Below, piece after piece: positions 54,756 to 64,000 of a DNA stretch of 64,000 nt. The position numbers were made by a program, and so were the translations under genes. The DNA is from Eledone cirrhosa (taxonomy: Eukaryota). Numbering within the stretch: the stretch's first letter is position 1; each line of letters opens with the position of its first letter. The notes under the pieces were generated by a model, which made no database searches, was not told the origin of the DNA, and was given only the letters and a program-made list of their open reading frames with translations. Where the stretch lies: assembly GCA_964016885.1 (NCBI GenBank), contig OZ024742.1, forward strand, positions 362,018,001-362,082,000. The letters run 5' to 3'.

Positions 54756-57700
54756 GGTTTAAGCGGACGTATTTTGCTCGCTCACAGTAAGTCGCTTTAT
54801 TTGCCTGTTAAAATTATTTGTTGTTCAATATTTCTTGTTGTGTAAGGGATATAAGCCCTTAGACTTTGCCCCGTGAAGGGGAAAGTATAATATTTGGGCC
54901 TTTTGGCCCAAATATTTGAACTTTTTTTTACACGTTAAAAAATTTACGAAGAAAAAAAAACATGGTTGAGCCACGCCCCCCAGCCATATGTCGGCTGTCG
55001 TGCGACAACGACGTAGAAGTTGAGAGGAGCGCTACAGCGAAATTAACACAGATTGATAACACAAACACCACCACAAACAAGGTAAACAAAGACACCAATG
55101 ATACCAATGAGAACTCTAATTTTGAAAAAATGACAGTAACAGCGACAACGAAAATACAGATAACAAAAAAAAACAAAACAAATACAACAACAATATCAAC
55201 ACCACTAGCATGAAAACAAATAGCGACAACACCAACAGCAACAATACCAACTGCACCGAGAACAACGGTGGCAACAAAGACAACAATGTTAACAGCGACA
55301 GTGCTAACAACAACACCAACAAGAACAACGACAACAACACCCCCAACGAAAACAAGAAGAACACTTTCGTTGCGGCAGCAGCAAAAAAGAGGCCATGCTT
55401 CAACATGGACCTCTCAAACAAAGATGAAAAGTTGGCCCAGGTATGGAAGCTCATCAAGCAAGAGCAAACCTGGGCCAACTTAACTGTCCCGGTAGAAGCT
55501 ATTGAGGCAGTGGAGCGCAGAACGGTGCATTATAGATGCATCTCAGCACAAACCAAAAGGGCAGCTTTAATCCCACAAGAAGATGTCGATGTCGCGCTGA
55601 GGTGCATCAGAGAAGACACCCAGTAAATAGAGAGGGGCAGACAGTACGGCACCATTTCGGTGTTGTTCAAGTCAGAAACCCTCGCTATGAAACACGCTAT
55701 GACTCCTTGCAAAACCAGCAAGGTCATAATGTACCCCTCCCACATGGGAAAAAGAACAGTCCGTCTCCGCATTCCCAGAATCCCACCGGGACTTGAAATG
55801 TGGTGTCTTCTGGGATGTGTGATTGTGGAGGGGACGGATACCGTCCCTATAGAAGTGACCAGAACGGCCAGAGAGGACTGGTCCGGGGTTGACCTGGAGA
55901 TCTTTCTCCAGATGAGGCCCGAGAATGTGAAGACAATCCCGGACCACATCCGCCTTCAGAATGGGACGGTCATTCACATTATGACCGAAGGCAAAAGGCC
56001 TCGGTGTTTTGTTTGTGGGGAAAAAACCCATTTGCGAGCCTTCTGCCCTCAGCTGCTGAAAGAGGCAAGGGGTCGAAAGGCTCCACTGCTGACGACGCCG
56101 AGGCGAGGACCACAACCAACACCAGCACCGGCAAAACCACCAACAACAACACCAATAGAAAGACCACCACCAACATTGACCACCCAGGGGGGAAACGAGG
56201 AAAGCTGTCAAATTTCCCCTTCCTCCCAAAAATACACACACCAATAAACCCATACACATACATACAGATACACTTAAAGACACCGACCCCTCATCTACCA
56301 GTAATGAAATTGAGGGAAAACCCAAATCCCCCAAAATACAAAAAAGGAAACACAAAAAGAAAAAAAAAACTCAACAAAGCACAAAAGCACCCACAATAAA
56401 AAACGCAGACACCACCCATGCAAACATCTCTCCAATAACACCAACATCAACACCACCATCACCATCACCAGAATCCCCCAAACGCAAACGACCGAAACAG
56501 ACGCAAGAACAAATATACACACAAACATCTGAAACCACAGACACCGCACTCACAACAAACACAGATACAACCGAAACAACACCACTAAAACCATCACCAC
56601 CACAGCCACGCAAACAAATAAAATCACACCAACAAAACATACAAAACTTCGTGCTCGTCAGGAGGGCCAACAAGGAACTGATGGCCCTTGTAGCACGAAG
56701 TGAAAATATACAAAAAGAGGGGGACATTTTTAAATCGAGCACATTTCGCGTGCCGGAAGATTTGGTTCTGGTGCGAATGTCGCTCGACATATTCAAAGAA
56801 ATACGAGACAGCTTTCCTCGGGACGTGGGAACCCTGAACATAAAAGCCACTTCAAGACTTTTAAAGGGGTTCCCAAAAGAAACCCCACCAACTATGGAGG
56901 TCGAACAACCCGACCTTCACAAGAGCCTGGAAGGTAAGTAAACTCTCTGTTTAACCTGCCAACATGGCCGTATTAAGAGTAGGATGTTTAAATGTTCGAG
57001 GCCTGGGATCGTCCTGGAAGCAGGGTCACCTGTTCAACGACCTCAGGTCTATAGAAATGGATGTAATTGCAGTCAGCGCGATCAGGATTTCCGACACGCG
57101 CGCACTAGCCCCCATTTTTGACGACTATCAGATCTTTGCATCTGTTAGCCGGCCGGGAATGGGAAACGGGGTGGCAGTGCTGTTTAGGAAAGGCCTGGAT
57201 CTCGAGGCAAGGTCGCTCTTCCGGGACCTGGACGGGAAGTTGGTGGTCCTGGACGTGAACAATAACGAAGGTGGTGCCTTTAGACTGGTGGCCGTCTATG
57301 CTCCTACTGGGGCAGGACGGCCGGACTTCTTTAGACGCCTGGAAGCCTTTCTGGGTACGTCTCGCCCTTTACTGTTAGCGGGGGACTGGAACGGCATCTT
57401 AGACGCACGCTGGGACTGTGTGCGAGTATCCGATAGGAACGGGGGGTGCAAAAGCCTCAAGAACCTGATCAGCCAGTTCCAACTGCCTGACAGGTACCAA
57501 CTAGATTTCCCTAATGCGCCAGTGTGGACCTGGGCTAACCGCATAGGGTCATCTAGATCGTATATAGACAGGATATTCATTAGGAAAATAGACAGAAATA
57601 GTGTAAGCTGTCCACGTTTTAAAACGGTCGCCTATTCAGATCACAAGTTTGTGATCTGTATGGTCGACCTAGATAAGACGCTTAGGTTAAGACCTGGTTA

Positions 57701-59986
57701 CTGGAAGCTAAACATGTCATTTCCGACACGTAAGGCTTACAGGGACCAGGTCAACAACTTAGTTAAGAAAAAGTTGACAGGGGGAGTCGTCAACAATAGA
57801 TGGTGGGGGGCTCTCAAAAGAGAGATTAGAGTAATGTCGATAGAGTTTAGCAAAGAAGCAGCGTTAGAGAAAAATAGAAAGGAGGAGAAGTTGGTAGATA
57901 AGTTAGACGAGGCTATTTGTAGTGGCATTGCAACTGACGTGCTAGCGGCGAGAATGGCATTAGACCATTTCTTCAATGCGAAACACGAAGGTTTCATTGT
58001 CAGAGCTAAGGCGCGTGCTCTGGAACCAAAGCTGTTTGATGGGCCCGCGTGGCAGAGGCGCAGCGTGGTAATAAAACCACGATTTGGTCTTTGACGGACC
58101 GAGACGGGCACGAGCTGAGCGATTCCAAGATGTGTGAGGCCTTTCGCCAACATTTTGCTCGGTTGTTCGGGGGAAGTGGCGGCTCAGAGATGGTGGCGGA
58201 CTTCAGTCCCTACCTCGATGGCTTGCCGAAACTCTCGACGGCTGACGCTGGGCGCTGCGAAAGGCCGATTACTTCAGCCGAGATTCAGGATGCCCTTGTA
58301 GGCTGCATGAGGCGCAAGTCACCTGGTTTGGATGGTCTGCCCTACGAGCTTTACGTAAATATGCCAGACTTGTTCTCCAATCTCCTCGAAGCCCTCGATC
58401 TCTGAGGTAGTCGGCAACTTATTGGAGGAATATGAAAGGTTGACGGGAGCAAAACTTAACCCGGAAAAGTCAGTGGACTTGCAACTCGGCACCTGGTGAG
58501 GTAAGTCCTTGCCGTCCAACAGCGTCGTTAGGCGCTGGACAGACGGACCGGTAAAGTTGCTAGGGGTTTGGTTCGGGCCAAACCTCCAGGTGAATAAGAA
58601 TTGGGACGAGGTGACGGGCAGGGTAGCAAGTCTCACCCATAAATGGGCTGGGATGAAGCTATCACTGAAAGGTCGGGCGGAGGTGGAGAACGCGTACATC
58701 GCGTCCGTCATTTACTACGTCTGGCTGTCATCCCTTGCCCCCGTTCGCGCCTCGCCATCTTGGAGCGGATCCTCTTCAAATTCTTGTGGAGGGGTCAGGT
58801 TTCGCTGGTGAGGCGGTCCATCTGCTGCCAGCACCCTCTACGTGGAGGGCTGGGCATGCCGTGGCTAATGATGCGCGGGCACGCGCTGAGGCTGCGGCAT
58901 CTCCAAATATTCTGCCTAAACGGTGAACAGGTGTGGTCGCCGTTTGTCAGACGGGCCTTTCCGCAGCTCGTTTCTTTGACTGAGCTGCAGTCCTGGGTCA
59001 AGAAGAGACCGAGACTGGGTGACTGGCATCTGGAATGTTGCCAGGCACTCACTGCCCTCTACCAGGCGGGCAATGGGGTCAGTGGAACTTCCACTCTCGA
59101 GTTCTACAGAGGATTAGTGGTGGGAAAGTGCGACGACGCATTCGGAGAGGCTCTGGGAGTCAACGAAGTCGAACTAACCAGTCTGTTCCGGAGGAATTTC
59201 GAGCCGGGGACGATGGATAATTTCCAAAAATCCCTCGGGAGGCACTGCCGGTTCGAGATAAACTCTACAGGCACGGAAGTGCTGTCAGACGGACCTGCCC
59301 AAGATGGGCGCAGAGCGACGAAACCGTTCTGCACTCACTCGTCCAGTGTCCGTGCATTACTGACTTGTGGAGTTATGTTGAACAGCTGTTGTCGCGTGTA
59401 GAACGGATCCGGCTATCGGCCGAGTCCATAGTGAAGATCGACCCGCCGCCTTCTTTTGGCCAAGAAGAGCAGGCAATTCCCCTCTGTCTGGTGGCAGTAG
59501 CGAAAGAGGTTGTATGGTGGACGAGGTTGAAAGGACTGAAGACAGACACTTTTCTCTTCGGCCAATCTCTCATCATCTTTTTCAAGTTTCACTTGGAAAG
59601 GAAGGTGAGGGTGGAGAGAGAAGTGCTGCCCCCCAGTACATTTGCTGAAAAGTGGGTGAATGTGGCGAGAATGGCCCGTGTGAGTGGGCCTACTCTGGTC
59701 ATGCGGCTGTAGGTGGGTAAATTTGAGGAGGAGAGGGGTGCCCGTCCAGGGTGCTCTCGAAGCGTCGGGTGGTTCAGGACTGGTGGGGTACCTGAGCGAA
59801 CCCTAGGTGGTCATCCTCTGTTGGGGAATTTTTTCTTGTAATTTTATTGTTACTTTATTGTACTCTTTGTTATTGTTATTTTGTTATTGTTATTCATATT
59901 GTTTACTCGATTTTTCTGTAAAACCCCACTGTCCCAGTCTTTTGTATTGTCCCCTATATGTCGGCCCTTGTGGCCAATAAATGAAA

Positions 59987-59988
<2 letters not shown>
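54756..59988 (+). mobile_element. Near full-length Tx1-like LINE with ORF1 (CCHC knuckle) and ORF2 lacking the RT core, flanked by (ATT)n
   Basis: ORF1 pieces at 54962-56941 include CFVCGEKTHLRAFC. ORF2 starts at 56964 (NVRGL..VYAP..GDWN..SDH). The sequence jumps over the RT motifs near 58390. Confidence 0.9.
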
Positions 59989-60027
<39 letters not shown>

Positions 60028-60029
<2 letters not shown>

Positions 60030-62933
60030 AGTTGCATTTATCTTGCTTTATGTTCATACGAGTTATCACCAAGTCACAACCAGTGACCTCAAGAGACAAC
60101 AAGGTCCGCCATGTTCAAGAAAGAACATACATACTCACACATGCATCTTTAGTGTTTAGACTTGTGATGTACTTATATTGACAGAATCTTCCTTAGTATA
60201 TGGGCAGTTCCCATTAGTACTATCTTTTGTATTTCTCCTATACGCGGGTTTCCTGGAATTTGCGATAAGTAATCATTAGACCCCTTAGGTATCATTCCCA
60301 GAGCGCCTACAACCACTGGTATTGTTTTAGTTCTCAATTTCCACATTTTTCCAATTTCTATCTCCAGGTCCTTATACTTGCTTAATTTTTCAAATGTTTT
60401 TATAGATACATTCTTGTCTATTGGAACGGACATATCAATTAGCAGGCATAGCTTCTTTTTAAAGTCCTTCAATATTATATCAGGTCTATTTGCATCTATT
60501 TTCGGTCTGTTTGGATGCTAAAGTTCCACAAGATTGAGATGTGATCTTTTTCAAGTATGGGAGGTGGTTGATGCTCCCACCAATTCTTTTGATGGGGCAG
60601 GTCAAAATGCTTACACATTATCCAATGTATGTATTGTGCAGCTCTGTCATGCTTGTTTAGGTATTCGGTTGGAGCTATAGGACTGCACATTGAAATTATA
60701 TGATCAATGGTCTCTGGTTGTTTTTTGCATACACGGCATAATGGGCTGCATCCATTTTTTATTATGTTGGCTTGGTAATTATTTGTTGGCAGACACTGAT
60801 CTTGTGCTGATATAATCAGTCCTTCAGTCTCCGATTTCAGTCCAGAGGATGCCAACCACTGATGGGTTAAAGTTTTGTCAACATCAGGATTGTTAGCTCG
60901 TTCTGGGTATTTTCCATACAGAGGCTTTTCTTGCCATTTCTTAGCCAGTTTCTGTAGCAGTTCTTTCTTTGCAGTTACTTTTACCTGCTTTGCCTTTTCT
61001 GTGTTTTCCATTTCAGCAGTAAATGGGACTTCTGAAATTTGTAGTCCATTACTGTATCTTTGTGCATCTTTTGTAATGGAATATGATCTTTTGATGCTTT
61101 CGTGTTTCAAAACGAGTTTGATCATCCAATCATGTGATTCCCTTAGATATGTAGATAATCCAATTGTTGCAGTTTTCAACGCAATGTCTAACTGGATTAA
61201 CCCACGTCCTCCTTCTTTCCTAGGGAGATATATTTTATCTGTATCTGCCTTAGGGTGATGCATTCTGTGCATGGTTAAGAATTTTCGAATTTTTGTATCG
61301 AGCCTACGGATCTCTGTGCTTGACCAGTTGATGACATTGTAACTGTAGGTTACTACTGGTATGGCAAGCGTGTTTATGGCATCGATCCTATTCCTTGCAT
61401 TCAATTCCGTTCTTAAGATTGCTCTTACTCTGCGGTAACATTCCTTCCTTATCCTTTCCCTCATTGTCGAGTGCTTGATTCCGTCTCCTTCACAAACACC
61501 TAGATATTTGCAAGTTTTTTCTTGATCAAGTTCTCTTATCACGTTCCACCGATCAAGATTAATGTCTGAACTTTTCAGCAGCTTTCCTCTGGTGAACGTT
61601 GCTTTGGCGCATTTATCTAGTCCAAACTCCATTTTAATGTCATCACTGAACTGCTCCACAGTGGATAATCGCCCTTGCAATTGTTCATCATTTTTTGCAA
61701 ATAGTTTCAGGTCATCCATGTAGAACAAGTGATTAATGGTTTTGTCATAGACTTTATATCCATGTTTTGTTTCATTGAACATTTTACTTAATGGTATAAG
61801 TGCGATGCAGTATAAAAGCGGTGATAAAGAGTCACCCTGAAAAATTCCAGAATTAATATTAACTTCTCCAGCTCCCAATGATTTTGTTTCACTATTGAAA
61901 AGGCGTGTCGTTTTCCATGTTTTCATACTGAATGACAAAAACCTCCTGACAACGGGGGATATTTTGAAAATCTCTAAACATTTTTCAATCCAACTGTGTG
62001 GCAAACTATCGAATGCTTTTTTATAATCTATCCAAGCAATTGATAAATTTTTGTGTCTATTATGACAATCTTCCAGTATCATTTTGTTAACCAAAAGCTG
62101 ATCTTTACAGCCATATGAGCCTCGTTTACACCCTTTCTGCTCAATGGGAAATAGGTCATTTGTTATCAGGTGGTCATATGTATATTCAGTTAGGACTGAT
62201 GTTAAAATTTTATACATTGTGGTCAAGCAAGTTATCGGTCTGTAATTTTTGGGATTGTTTGTCTCATCATTCTTCGGAAGCAGGAATATAATGCCGTTAA
62301 CTAGCCACGATGGTATCTTTTCTGGCTCCTTAACTATTTCATTGTAAAGTTGGGCTAACAGCTCATGAGACTCTGTGAAGGCATTTATCCAAAAAATTCT
62401 TATTTTGTCTTTTCCTGGGGATTTCCATTTGCTGGTTTTTCTTAGAGCCAAGCGCAACTGTTCAACTGTTATATTTTCCCATATTTGTTCTTCAAGGTGA
62501 GCTGTATCTTTCATTTGTCTGCTATCCATGGGGCATGTATGTTATGAACTTTTTCTTCGGCCCAGATCTTTTCCCAGAATTCTTGCACTTCCTGCTTGGG
62601 TGGTATTGATTTAGCAGTTATTGTTGACTTACCAATTTTTCTGTAGAAGTTTCTTTGGTTGTTTTTGAACATATTATTGTCCTTATAGAATCTAGATCGT
62701 TTTTCAAAGCGCCTTATACGAGCAGCTTTGGCCGACACTTTTTGCTTGATTATTTCTATCAGCATGTCTATGTCACATGTTGATTTTATACTGTACTTTC
62801 TTTTCAATTTTCTAAGTTTAGTTTGTTTAACATGTTCACTTAGTTTATAGTTTGTTAAAATTTCTGTCAGATCGGAGAAGGTTTATGTGGCGATTGATGT
62901 TCTCTTGCCAAGTAGATTTCTTGTGGGAATTCC

Positions 62934-62937
<4 letters not shown>
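60028..62937 (-). mobile_element. 5'-truncated R4/Dong-like LINE (RT, CCHC, restriction-like endonuclease) in (TAA)n
   Basis: NYRPITCL..DYKKAFDS..GIFQGDSLSPL..FYMDDLK..CRVC..ETIDHIISMC..HD; RPDI..IDMSVP..KLSKY; two frameshifts. Confidence 0.92.
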
Positions 62938-63012
<75 letters not shown>

Positions 63013-64000
63013 TGCATTTATCTTGCTTTATGTTTATACGAGTTATCACCAAGTCACAACCAGTGACCTCAAGAGACAACAAGGTCCGCCATGTTCAAGA
63101 AAGAACACACATATTCACACATGCATCCTTAGTGTTTAGACTTGTGATGTACTTATATTGACAGGATCTTCCTTAGTATATGGGCAGTTCCCATTAGTAC
63201 TATCTTTTGTATTTCTCCTATACGCGGGTTTCCTGGGATTTGCGATAAGTAGTCGTTAGACCCCTTAGGTATCATTCCCAGAGCGCCTACAACCACTGGT
63301 ATTGTTTTAGTTCTCAATTTCCACATTTTTCCAATTTCTATCTCCAGGTCCTTATACTTGCTCAATTTTTCAAATGTTTTTATAGATACATTCTTGTCTA
63401 TTGGAACAGACATATCAATTAGCAGGCATACCCTCCTTTGAAAGTCCTTCAATATTATATCAGGTCTATTTGCATCTATTTTTCGGTCTGTTTGGATGCT
63501 AAAGTTCCACAAGATTGAGATGTGATCTTTTTCAAGTATGGGAGGTGGTTGATGCTCCCACCAATTCTTTTGATGGGGCAGGTCAAAATGCTTGCACATT
63601 ATCCAATGTATGTATTGTGCAGCTCTGTCATGCCTGTTTAGGTATTCGGTTGGAGCTATAGGACTGCACATTGAAATTATATGGTCAATGGTCTCTGGTT
63701 GTTTTTTGCATACACGGCATAATGGGCTGCACCCATTTTTTATTATGTTGGCTTGGTAATTTTTTGTTGGCAGACACTGATCTTGTGCGGATATAATCAG
63801 TCCTTCAGTCTCCGATTTCAGTCCAGAGGATGCCAACCACTGATGGGTTAAAGTTTTGTCAACATCAGGATTGTTAGCTCGCTCTGGGTATTTTCCATAC
63901 AGAGGCTTTTCTTGCCATTTCTTAGCCAGTTTCTGTAGCAGTTCTTTCTTTGCAGTTACTTTTACCTGCTTTGCTTTTTTTGTGTTTTCCATTTCAGCAG
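63013..64000 (-). mobile_element. Second tandem copy of the same R4/Dong-like LINE (3' part, open frame)
   Basis: The 279-aa ORF is nearly identical to 60173-61020; separated from the first copy by (ATT)n at 62938-63012. Confidence 0.92.

Noticed and set aside
55210-55626. Asn-rich host protein
   Set aside because: Part of the disrupted ORF1 of the Tx1-like element.

Overview
AT-rich, gene-poor animal genomic DNA. The SINE families and the microsatellite load suggest an octopod cephalopod (inference from recall, not a database hit). No intact host gene is supported. Most ORFs in the track are translations of (TA)n, (CA)n, (CT)n or (ATT)n repeats. The window is a mosaic of retroelement remnants nested in microsatellites: CR1-like, RTE, Tx1-like and R4/Dong-like LINEs, Penelope-like elements (Naiad-type RT and GIY-YIG pieces), a Merlin DNA-transposon derivative and many SINEs. 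The hidden layer is RNA structure. About 25 hammerhead-ribozyme (HHR) motifs, intact or degenerate, sit in Penelope-type terminal repeats, and several lie at the apex of fold-back palindromes. The most striking signal is a repeated element (9.1 kb and 20.8 kb, partial copies at 21.3 and 26.9 kb). It carries all hammerhead core motifs in a non-circularly permuted, pseudoknotted order, with compensatory base changes between copies. All structures were paired by eye and none has been tested.
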